A program made the translations under genes and the position numbers. A stretch of 64,000 nucleotides of DNA, from NCBI RefSeq assembly GCF_002113885.1, contig NW_018408322.1:1531562-1595561 (forward strand), given 5' to 3'. The DNA is from Mizuhopecten yessoensis (Eukaryota). The notes beneath the pieces were generated by a model. It made no database searches and was not told where the DNA came from. It saw nothing but the letters and a program-made list of their open reading frames with translations. Of the stretch, positions 25,540-35,985 are shown one piece after another; position 1 is the first letter of the stretch, and each line of letters starts with the position of its first letter.

Positions 25540-26280
25540 TCACTCTAAATGCAAAAGATGGGATGCTGTGTCGGCATACTGGATTACATCTGTTGAATCA
25601 TTCTCCAAGCGTTCCTTTAGTTGGTTAAGGCGGCTATCGATGTAACGGTAGTGTTTTGCTCTTGGTCTGAGTTGTCCTCCTGCTGCGTGTTGGATGCGCG
25701 TTATCTTGTTGATGGCTTGTATTTCATGGAAGACGCGGATGATGCTGTAGATGTTGGGGTGGGCATGTTCCACTTTCTTCTTCAGTTTGCTGTGCCATCC
25801 CTCTATGTGGTTGGTTGTTCTGGTCCCTCGGTCTCAAAGTGGTTCCAGAGTTGTCGATGGTCCCGGGTAGCTGAGGAGTCTGAGTACGTAGAGCGTTATA
25901 CAGTGACTTCTTAGTGGACTGGAAGGTGTGTAGTTGTCTGACTGTGTTCTCTGCGTCGTCGATCCGATCATCGGATCGAAGCTTGGTTATACCTCCTCGT
26001 CGTAGAGTCTGGTAATTGGTTTTTACTTCCTTCACGCAGCGGGTACGAATGGTCTCTCTAATCTCCTGGGCGACGATTTTAGTATGGTCCTGTGGGTGGT
26101 TGAGGGGATGGCGGCCGTTTCCGGTAGAGATGTTGTTTCGGGTACTAACTTAAGGGTAGCTGGACAGTTGGGGATGGTACATCTCCAATATACACGCTCA
26201 CCTCTGTTGTTCTTAACACAGTAAATGTATACGGTGTAGGCGATGTTCTGTCTTCCAAACTTGTTGCGAAGAAACGTCAC
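25540..26280 (-). pseudogene. MULE (Mutator-like) transposase remnant with FLYWCH zinc finger; DDE core deleted
   Basis: N-terminus FLRNKFGRQNIAYTVYIYCVKNNRGERVYWRCTIPNCPATL (FLYWCH); middle FQSTKKSLYNALRTQTPQLP; C-terminus LWNHFETEGP/RTTNHIEGWHSKLKKKVEHAHPNIYSIIRVF; several frameshifts. Confidence 0.85.
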
Positions 26281-27174
26281 TTAAATTTGTGCATTTGTCA
26301 TGTTGGTGGTTGATGTGAGACTTACAAAACATACAGCTTGGACAATCTCACTGGTTTAATCACCACGGCATCAATTAAGTGACGGATATATAGGTTATGA
26401 AATGTATTCACTGTTTATTACCGGGGAGATAATGCATTTCTATTGATAGTGATTAATCGCTTTGCAAACGGTCATCTTATATGTCCCTTTTTAAGTTCAT
26501 ATACTTGTATAATTTATTGTTGACTCAATGCGCACCAGTAAAGTGGTCAGTTGATGGACCCAAACCATCAGGTGTTAAGATTCATTAATATCAACTAGAA
26601 ATATCAGTGGACCCAAGCCATATGGGGTTATCAAATAGAAACATAGCTAATGATTATCTTTTAGGGGAAAATAATCTAATGAGTGATACTAAGTGATAAT
26701 AATTACATTGAAGACGCATTTATTGGTAAAATGGATTCTCTGAAAATAATGCTCCAATATGAATTTGCTTCACCCTAAATTAAATAAAGATAAATTTAAA
26801 TTTAAATTAATCAAAGCATTATCATCTATATATATACTATTAAGTATTTACAATATTTGTTTTTGTTTCGTATGATTTGTATAGATGAAAATGGTATAAA
26901 ATGGCTAAAAATTATGAAAATTGACTATATCAAAGCTACAAGTATATGACAGTACTGTGAACATGATACAGGTAATGTGGGAGAACACGGGTAAAAATAA
27001 GGTAAAATTTATATGAAACAGACTAAAACTTCTATCACAACATTACTGCCTCTATGGTTTTTTTTTTCAATTGGGAGAAAGGATAACACACCGTCAAGGC
27101 ATACACGACCGTACGAAAATAGTATCTATGACAAAAAAGGAAGTATTATGAATACCAATATTTCAAAAGCAGCC

Positions 27175-28232
27175 GTTTGGTTTCTTTGACCTCTCATTTT
27201 GTTTAACGTCCTATTAACAGCGAAGGTCATTTGTGGACGTGCAGATGTGTGTTGTGCATGCGTGCATGTCTGTATGTGTGCCATAGACGGATCATGTTTA
27301 TGTTGGTGAACTTGCCTCCTTGTGATAGCGCGGATCTGATGCCGACTTTATAGTGCTATCTCACTGAAACACAATGAAGAAGGCACACAGAAAAGCATCC
27401 CACCCCGTCATATTATACTGACAAGGGGTTAACCAGTCGTTGCCATTCCCTTTAAGGGGCTGGTCGGGGAAAAAATGTCATATTTGCTAAAATGGCATCC
27501 ACAAGTTTAAAATACCTTCTTATGAAATATACCGATTCAAATTTTGCTGAAATTCACTCCCTAAGAGTAAAAATTATAATTATATAAAGAAATCCTAAAT
27601 CGTTACCTGGCAGTCTAAACCTCTCAATTGACCCAGATCAGTGATGTAATTTTACCGCATGCGAGTCATCAACAAGGCCAAATGTAAACATCGCGGCGAA
27701 AGAAAAAGATGCATGCAAAAGTCATGACAGGCACGAGGTATCAATACCGTTATATATAACAACAACTTATAGGTAGGAATACTACACTTGAATCATACAT
27801 GACCTTTGAAAAGAATTATTTACGTATAGTATATTGCTGTCTTGTCCGCTAGTTGAGTCCGACATGGCTGATAGAAGGCGTGCTATTATTGTTATCTTCA
27901 CTGCCTCACTTTCGAAACAACCACATAACATATATAAATAGATCTGCGCAAAATTTACGCGGGGCTTCCCTGAAATTTCCGTGGTCAAAACTGGACATTG
28001 CAAGTAGAACTCGACCATCAAACTGCCGTGGTATATCTTTTGGAAGGCCAGAGAACGCATTTAACCCTTTAAATGCTGAACCATAAGCAGAAAAAAGCAA
28101 CAACCATTTTGAAGGACTGTGGTATGTTCCGGCCTGAGGACAGAACACATTGCCTTCTTCACCTGGACGAACACTCAATATTAAAGCCAGAAGTGAGGCT
28201 TTGCAAAGTAAGGTGCTAGTAAATAAAAGGTA
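27175..28232 (-). mobile_element. Meta-domain SINE (family B) split by a later insertion
   Basis: Tail and body at 27175-27455 continue collinearly at 28073-28232 (CCATTCCCTTTAA|ATGCTGAAC..AAGCAG) when compared with the intact copies at 41275-41758 and 61517-61995. Confidence 0.8.
27456..28068. mobile_element. Non-autonomous DNA transposon inserted at TTAA (Kolobok-like or 8-bp-TSD type)
   Basis: Interrupts the SINE; CCCTTTAA occurs on both sides (27448-27455, 28065-28072); weak subterminal inverted similarity (CCTTC....A.ATATACC). Confidence 0.6.
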
Positions 28233-28425
28233 AATAAACTTTGTGGATCACAATAAAAGGACTCAGCTTTCCAACATTAATACGTTAGAACGTTATTAGA
28301 AATGCGAACTTAATTGAAATTGATCAAAATCATCCTGCTTTATCAATCTGCAAACTTGCAAATTTCCAAGAGAATGACTGGTATGTTTTTTTGCAGGATT
28401 AGTCATGGTTACAGAAGTATAGCCA

Positions 28426-28612
28426 TGCTAATATACTTGTAAGACACCGTGAAACATAGTTATTTTTACCGTTTGCTTATATAATTGTACGAAATTGTGA
28501 TACAAGATCTTATATCGTTTGCTAAGATACTTTTAAGACACTATGAAACATATTTATTTCTTACTGTTTGCTAATATACGTGTAAGACATCGTGATGCAT
28601 AGTTTTAACACC
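28426..28612. repeat. Degenerate minisatellite, ~47-bp unit x4
   Basis: Units begin TGCTAATATAC / TGCTTATATAA / TGCTAAGATAC / TGCTAATATAC and share TAAGACA..TGA.ACATA.TT. Confidence 0.75.
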
Positions 28613-28865
28613 GCGGGATTTGATGTAAAGGATAACCAGCATGCTGTGAAGTATCCAGGCGAAAGACCGGCGTAATTTTAGGATTAGTCATCAACTTAAC
28701 AATATAACGCTTCAATGTCGTTTGCTTATACACACGTCAGTCATCGAGAGCTTTGATAAATCACCAAGGGATTTAGTGCAGGATGTTAGTTTTTGCATTT
28801 ATCTCAGGTCTGGTAAGTTTCCTGTCCGGTAATAAGATATTATTGTAAAAAAAGAATCATCTTAC

Positions 28866-28913
28866 CTGACGTAGAGTCGTACCCCCACCATTGTTCCCAT
28901 CGGTCGTCTATAT
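28866..28913 (-). CDS. Internal coding exon of a carbonic anhydrase-related protein (CA10/CARP-like) gene
   Basis: Minus strand: TTGTTGTGTTTCAG|ATATAGACGACCGATGGGAACAATGGTGGGGGTACGACTCTACGTCAG|GTAAGA. Strong acceptor and donor, phase 1-1, encodes xIDDRWEQWWGYDSTS(G), matching the invertebrate CARP motif W.EWW.YDG.SGP..WG. No other exon was securely found. Confidence 0.7.
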
Positions 28914-29531
28914 CTGAAACACAACAATATATAGATAAGGGATCAAACAGTTCAAAACATTTCATTGTCGAATTTGACCTCGAAAAATGGCATCGTTACA
29001 TCGCACAGATGAGTACTAAGGTATTGTGCACGTTGGTACACAGTGTAGTGTGTTTGTGAATTATTTAAGATTGTTGTCATGTAGTCCTCATAATACAAGG
29101 CTGCAAATCGTTAACCGTTGTTGAAATCCAATGCTGTTTCTTCAGTTGTCTTTTTCAATTGAAACAACCTTGGAGCACGCTATATTATAATTGCAAGTGC
29201 AATATTATTGACCTTCAGTAATTCCCGCTGGTTACATATAGTTTGTAGATGAACAATCCCTTTACAGAAAACACGTTTCCATACACATTTATATTCCTGT
29301 GTATTATTTTGTTATTCACCATAATAACTTACTATGTACACGCTACGTGTGTCAGCATTGCTTGGTGAACAATTTGATAAATCAAACGGATCTTGGGAAT
29401 ATGTCCCCCGAAATGAATGAAATTATGTTATACAATGATATTAAGGACACCACGATACGATATGTTGTTTGTTAACAATACTCATTTAAAAACTGTGTCT
29501 GATGTGATTCTTTGTTTTGTATTGTTTTGGA

Positions 29532-29672
29532 GGCATGGTAGTATTGTGGTAGGACGCCGGACTCGTGACCGAAGGGTTGCGGGTTCGAGTTACGTCATTG
29601 TACTGTGTTGTGTCTTTATACAAGATACAGTCTTTTCAGCTATAAATAAGTACGTGGTTGGGTAGTGCTGGA
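29532..29672 (+). mobile_element. Degenerate tRNA-headed CORE-type SINE
   Basis: A-box-like TAGTATTGTGG, B box GGTTCGAGT, then TGTTGTGTCTTTATACAAGATAC..CAGCTATAAATAAGTAC resembling the CORE domain. Confidence 0.55.
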
Positions 29673-29907
29673 ATTGTTAAATGCTTGTTTTGAGCCCCAG
29701 TTTGACGGTTTGAATCATTTAGAGCCAAATAACACTGTTTACGAGCACGCAGTGGGATACAACAGGTTTCCTGTTTCTTCGAACCCGAACAAATCATATT
29801 TCCAAAATCCATGCATATTGTTTTCAATAGGTTATTCGAATATTCGGCACGTTTGTATATAGATATCCATGAATTTTCACTAATGTAACGCATCTATTTA
29901 AGCGGTA

Positions 29908-30255
29908 TGGTTTTATTTATTTTAGCGTTCTATTCCCAGCCAATGTCACCTAAGGACGTGTCCTATCAATGACACGAGTACTGGGGGCGTTATGTTGGTG
30001 TACTTGCCTCCTTGCATGTGTATTATGCTGACATCAGAGGGCTAACATTCTGAATTGCTATGCCAAATGCACCCTGCATAGTATTCTGCCCGGTCACATT
30101 GAACAGAAACCATGTTTCGATATCCCGGACTGTTGAACGTGTAGCAGGGAATAGCAACTTCATCAGTTTAATAACTGTTGTCTGATCTGGCCTGGGGGCA
30201 GAAGCAGTCCAATCGCCTGTCTTACTTCAACGTTCAACATTAAGGCCAAAAGATG
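29908..30255 (-). mobile_element. Degenerate Meta-domain SINE (family B)
   Basis: Tail, TATGTTGGTGTACTTGCCTCCTTGC, CCCGGTCACATT, AGCAGGGAATAGCAACT and CAACATTAAGGCCAAAAG occur in the expected order. Confidence 0.7.
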
Positions 30256-32640
30256 AAAGCAATATATGTTCTTGTATCTGTCGATCAAAATGATCATATT
30301 GCATAAATACTCCTTTCCTTTGCCTTATTAATTCATTTTTTGTGATAGAATGAAAAAAAATTAAAAAAAATGCAAATGTCTTTAATAGTTTCAACTGGGA
30401 ATAGTGTAGCTTCGAGTGAATGTAGATTAAAAACGAAATGCTACTTCATTGTCTTTAGCTTATCAAAGACAATGTAACAAGGTTACATAAACAAATACTA
30501 CAAAAAGGTGTCTTTGAAGTTAAGAAGACAACAATCAGAAAACCATGCCGTTAACGGGTAAACTCTTAAATTTCAGACATAGAGTAAGATATGTTCGGTT
30601 AATGAGTATTGTCTTTTTCTATCTTTGAGCATACTAGATCGTTGTCTTCAGTATGTAGCCCTCAGACATTGCTACTGCACACATCACATCGATATACTTT
30701 GTCTAATAATATGAGTTGACAAACACATTCTGACTGGTACACAACTACGAAGCTTGGAGACACCGTAGACACATCAAACAAACGTAATCTGTGAAATACA
30801 AAACATCTTAGATAGCCCAACAAGAGAACTCTTCAACGTGGTCCTCCATTTGTCAGACGGCTCGAATTGCAGACATGTTTATTTAGGTATGGCGTGCATT
30901 TAAAGGTGTTTCGGCACGTCATGTCCACGCCTTTGGTGTCACACCAGAATGACTTGATTGGTTTTCTGAGACACGTACATTGGACATGTCCCAAGGGAGT
31001 CCGTGACAAACAGTCATGTACCCGTGATCTAACGAGAACTGGACACGATATGGTACGCACTGAATTGCAAATCGTCACCAAACTACCATTAAAGTACTAC
31101 TAAAGAAATAAGTGAAGTAGCTTGGGGTGTACCGATAACACTAAGAAACGAAGACGTGTGCTTATCTTGTCTTCAAATATGCATTAGCAAGACCGACCAC
31201 GCATACCAATTTACATAGAAAATATACAGAGACGGACTAGAAGTTTTCATTCAATATAGAAATTAAGTCCAATACAAAAATACTCACAATCAATGAACTA
31301 TAGGAAAAAACATTACATACAAGGAAACATTTACACAAAGACCATGTGTACCAGAGGAGTACGCGTCTTTTACTGCTATGACAACGCTCGCCCGGTAGAT
31401 TTTGCACAAACGAAACACATGTGCAGTTGAAAATCTCCTTTTGAGCAAGAAGTTATTATTAGTTGGTCATCATCTTCACAGGATTTCACAATTGCTGACG
31501 GAATAAATTAGAGAAAAGCTCTAGTTTTTCGTGGGTTGAATAAATTCGAAAATATGCTGAATATAGACAAAAAACGAAAAGTACACTTAATACTTATAAC
31601 GTACCTATAGAGTTTTTGTAATTTCAAAATCTTGTTTTTTTCATACCTTACTATTCAATCTATTTGAAAGCCTTTTATTCTGTTATACAGTTTTGTAAGA
31701 GGTCAATACATACGCCCATACTTTAACCCACCATCAGGGATGACGGGAAACGCTAAGCAGCGATAAAACAAATTTAGAAACAGCGGATGACGGAATAAGT
31801 GCTATTGGCCTACACGTGTACTTTTGAAATGCCCTCTCCGTTCAAGGTACGCCACGGGGAGAAGTGACAATTGGTGACCGTCGTGATGTACGTGAAGGGA
31901 CATAGGGCGACAATTTGACGTTAACGTTGATACATGAGACAACAGGGACGCGTGGCCATGGATATCAAAGCATGCTGTGCGAATGTGTGTAACTTGATGG
32001 CGGTTTATATTGACCAACAGTATTATCACCAGGAGGCACTGCCACTATCTTGAAAATGACCACTACATTTGTAACACGACGTAAAACTGCAAAATAAATA
32101 AAAAAATATTTACAGGCAATACCATAACCTCTCTAATTATAAGATTTTTTAAAATTTTAAGATGGAACTTTTCAGTTTCGGAAAACAATATGTTTTGAAT
32201 ACAACTATGATCGTGTATGTCAGCTATACGTTTCGATACCAAAGGAAAACACGAACAAAAGTCAAATCCTAGAATGCTATATCTGAAAAGTGTCAGGGAG
32301 GAATGGAAGCCTTAACTCGAGTTCGACATTGAACATCTTGAGCAGGTAAATTGTTATCGTTACATTCTTCACGGCCAATCAACACAGAAGAAGTCCAGGG
32401 TCAATAAATAGTCGAAAAACGTCAATAAATAAGAAAGAATAATGCTTAAATCCTGTGCAATTTCTATGTGTCGTAGAGAAATGACGTTATTATTTCTATA
32501 CAATTTAAAGGCACTTGAATAACACTATAAATAACAGCTACCATCAACATATATAATAAGACTACCCATTATCCAAATGAATATGTAATTAACTATTCGA
32601 TGTGAGGACGTGGCATTACTTGGAAGAAATATCAACTTTA

Positions 32641-32855
32641 TTTATTTTACAACAATTATGAAACAAGTTATACTAATCACTCTTGTTTGCCCGGATATTA
32701 GCGCGCGTAGGGTTTTTCTGTGGAAGGACACCCGAAGTACCCGGAGAAAACCCACGTGGTCAGGTAGGTGACTCCATACCTTTTCACGTCTGATCGGGGA
32801 ATCGCACCCCAGCCTACTTTGTGAAAGGTAAGTGCGCCGACCACAATTGCTCTGA
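32641..32855 (-). mobile_element. tRNA-derived V-domain SINE (second family)
   Basis: GAAGTACCCGGAGAAAACCCACG V-like core; B-box-like GGGGAATCGCACC on the plus strand; tail differs from the 12215 family. Confidence 0.7.
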
Positions 32856-32869
32856 TTCGACATTAGACT

Positions 32870-33027
32870 AACAAGGAGGGTGTCAACGATGCAACAAAAG
32901 ACGCTTCCCTTCCGGAACACCTTATTCGCCTTATATTTTTCCGAGGGTTTCCTTGTAAGTTTGTCATTTGTTCAATGTTTGCGCTAGAGATACCGATTTT
33001 GAGTTCGAAATATCAGTATTTTTTACT
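32870..33027 (+). mobile_element. RTE-X-like LINE 3' end fragment
   Basis: GGAGGGTGTCAAC..GCAACAAAAGACGCTTCCCTTCCGGAACACCT resembles RTE-X 3' ends; similar minus-strand traces near 31330-31400 and 58420-58505. Confidence 0.4.
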
Positions 33028-33149
33028 GTACGTAGGGGATCACGCAACGGTGATTAGTAAGTGTTGAATTATATCCCAAAAAGTGTCAGTCTTAAGATGT
33101 GATATATAAAAAACCTCTGCTTCGAAGTTTAACGATTCAAATATTTTCT

Positions 33150-33310
33150 TAATCAGCACTGTTTTTTTTGTGATAGGTTTTTGATTTGTCCAAGTCGGGG
33201 GACAGAACCCTTAACCTTCCTCGGCTGGACGAACGTTCAAGCCAAATACCAAAAACTATGTTTTTGAAAAAATAAGGCACGCAAAAACAAGAAAAGATTT
33301 CGGAAATAAG
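33150..33310 (-). mobile_element. Meta-domain SINE (family B) 5' fragment
   Basis: GGGGGACAGAACCC..AACCTTCCT..CTGGACGAACGTTCAA matches 61615-61660 on the opposite strand. Confidence 0.6.
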
Positions 33311-33644
33311 GAAACTGTACATTACCAAACAGTTCTAATGAACGTGCAGTTTTTCAAAAAGCATACTTTCTGATTGCAAACGGTTACAACGTTACTTTCC
33401 TTGTTAACAACAATACAATAGGTAACCGTAGGTATTTCTTTTCTTAATCTTTAACCTGCCGGGGTGTAGTGAAATTGTTTAAAAGGTGCGACTGTACGCT
33501 TAAGTTGTAATTTTTCTTCAAATAACATTTAATTATTATTTATTTGTTTGTTTGATGAAAGCTTTTTCTCCCTGGAGACAGCTTGTTTACCTGACGACAG
33601 TTTGTACAGATGGTTTGGTCAAGCAACGTCCAATTTAAGTACAA

Positions 33645-33985
33645 GTTTTGTTTTGCTTTTGTATTGTTTAACGACCCATCGACAATGTGAGTCATTTAGA
33701 GCCAACAATACTATAAAAAGAGCCATTCACGAAAATAAACACATCAAACCAAAACTTAATAGCTTGGAATATATAAAGGATTACAGAAATATAGAAATAT
33801 CGAACAGATTGTCTGCACAATATATACTATTTTATTGTAAAGATCAATAGAGTTTAAATACTCATATATTGACTGCTTAGAAACTATATCGAATAAACTT
33901 TTCATAGAGGGTATATCATAAAATCTGTCACGTATTTGTTTGGAATCAGCGCATTCAATCATACAGTGTTTGACTATTTAAGTAC
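33645..33985 (-). mobile_element. I/Nimb-clade LINE 3' end
   Basis: Encodes VKHCMIECADSKQIRDRFYDIPSMKSLFDIVSKQSIYEYLNSIDLYNKI, typical of the post-RNase H CCHC tail of I-group ORF2, followed by the 3' UTR and an (AAAAC)-like tail. Confidence 0.8.
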
Positions 33986-35354
33986 AACCACATTGATATG
34001 TCATGACCTGGACACAACATCATTGCATTCCACTTGAGAACATTCTGAAAGCCTGCTAATCATAAGTACGTGCTGGTTGCGACATTAAATACACATTGTA
34101 TCAATGTGTAACTATAAATTGTTATCTGTTGGTTGCAAGACAAAAATCAATAATGAATTTAAAATTGAACTTGATCATAGTGGATTTGTCGGTAATCAAA
34201 ATCTAGTGCAAGGATTTTCAAAATATTTCGGCCGCTCTTTTGAAAGAAATTGTATGTTGTATAACTTGAAATTGGAAAACGAGATAGCATTTATTCCTGC
34301 AAATATCTCGGTTTAGCAAGAGGCTATCCCTCAGTCACATCGTCAACGTAAAAAAATGACAAAGTTTGCAAACTGAATTTAATTATATTCATTTATCAAA
34401 TATATCTGACAAATGTATCGATTTATTTTATTTCTCTGAACAAATTTCTTCAATTGATGGCATTACGATATTTAAAACGGTAACAATGCTCTGTGATTTG
34501 GCGTTACCTGCATCCTTGCAAAAAGACATCATGTCACTCCAAATAACTACCCTGCAATGGAAACAGGAGCAGCTATTTTGAATAATGCATAAGGTTGAAA
34601 GAGCGGGTAGGGCATATGGCAACTAAATCACAGAACATCTAAAAATAGTTAATGACTACTTCCTGTTTTTATCAAACTGACACTGATTTGAATAAGTCAC
34701 CTTGGAAGTCAAAGATGTCTAAAACAATGTTTGAAAGATAAACGGTGCTTGTTTAACTGATCATAAAGCACGGAATTCGTTTCAGATAATGTAAAATAAG
34801 TCTCCCGAACGTTCCATACGAGATTAATGCATTTTGTTGTATCTTAAACGTTGCAATTTAATGGCGTGAACTCAGTAGTTAAGCAAGGATCAAAACCGCC
34901 TGTAAACGTTTATTCAAGTCCCAGAGCTTCCATTATCTATTCAAAGTTCGAATGTGAAACTGTCTGTTTGACTCAAATGATAATTGAAAAAATCTGTATC
35001 ATTCGCAGGTATGTGTCAAAATGAAACATTAAAAAGAAATGTGGAAAAATATTTTCTACTGGCACGAATTTATCACTCTGTGTGTTTTCTTTAAGTTGAG
35101 AACTAATATTCCGAAAATCACATGCTGTAATGATAAAAAGGGTGTCAGTAAAATCACAGTATAAACTTAATAAAATGTATTTTGTTTTCATTGCACTACG
35201 TGTATCTGTAATCACAAACACATACATTGTGTGTGGTTTAGTATTGGAGTTATTATTTCCTATCTAATGTACGGTCCTTGTATACACAGTAACCCTCCCC
35301 CTTAATATCGTTTCTGATTAAACTGTAGTACAGTTTGGCCCAAACATTTTCGTT

Positions 35355-35427
35355 GACTAGATAGCTCAGTCTGTTAGAGCGATAGCGTAACGGTCTGAAG
35401 CAATGGGTTCTAGTCCCGATCTAGCCT
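35355..35427 (+). pseudogene. tRNA-derived pseudogene or isolated SINE head
   Basis: GACTAGA TAGCTCAGTCTGTTAGAGC ... GGGTTCTAGTCCC GA TCTAGCC: acceptor, D and T arms recognisable; anticodon arm broken and T-loop mutated. Confidence 0.65.
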
Positions 35428-35654
35428 CGATGATTTTTATTTACATTCAAAATACTGTTGTTCGTGATATTTGTTTATTTCATCTTTATCAGTTCTTAAA
35501 AAATGTCTCACAAGCTATGCTTTTCTTTCAAGGAATAATCTATCAAAGAAGACGTCATGCAGGATAAACAGTTTTCATTGTGTTCAGTAGTACAACGTAA
35601 CATAATATCTGCAGCGATACGAGGAACCTTAAGAATGTGCTTTTATCTATATCA

Positions 35655-35985
35655 TGTACGCGTGTGGGCAGGGATCTGTATGTTGGTATATTGGCCTAAA
35701 GGCGATAGCTCCGATGTCTTGTCGATTTTAGAGTGCTACCCCACTACAATACCATGCCAAAAGCACCAGGTAAAGTATTCAACCTGGTCACTTGGGTTAG
35801 CCAGTCTTTTTTGCTATCTATCAAGTGCATGTACCAATTTTAAAGACGTTGGTGTGTCTCAGTCGGGGGACGACCTTCCCCGCCAAGGAGAACGCTCAAT
35901 ATCTACGCCAAATGAAAGGTATTGCTAAGAGAGGCGTACGGAAACAAAGATGTATTTAGGAATGAGAAGAAATATTAAGATACCA
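35655..35985 (-). mobile_element. Degenerate Meta-domain SINE (family B)
   Basis: GTATGTTGGT..TTGGCCT, AATACCATGCC.AAAGCACC, CCTGGTCAC, GTCGGGGGAC, GAACGCTCAATAT..CGCCAAA occur in order. Confidence 0.65.

Noticed and set aside
28426-28612. Spaced repeats as a CRISPR-like array
   Set aside because: Units are contiguous degenerate tandem copies without unique spacers, in a eukaryotic context.
35355-35427. Functional tRNA gene
   Set aside because: Anticodon arm does not pair and the T-loop is mutated; kept only as a pseudogene or SINE head.
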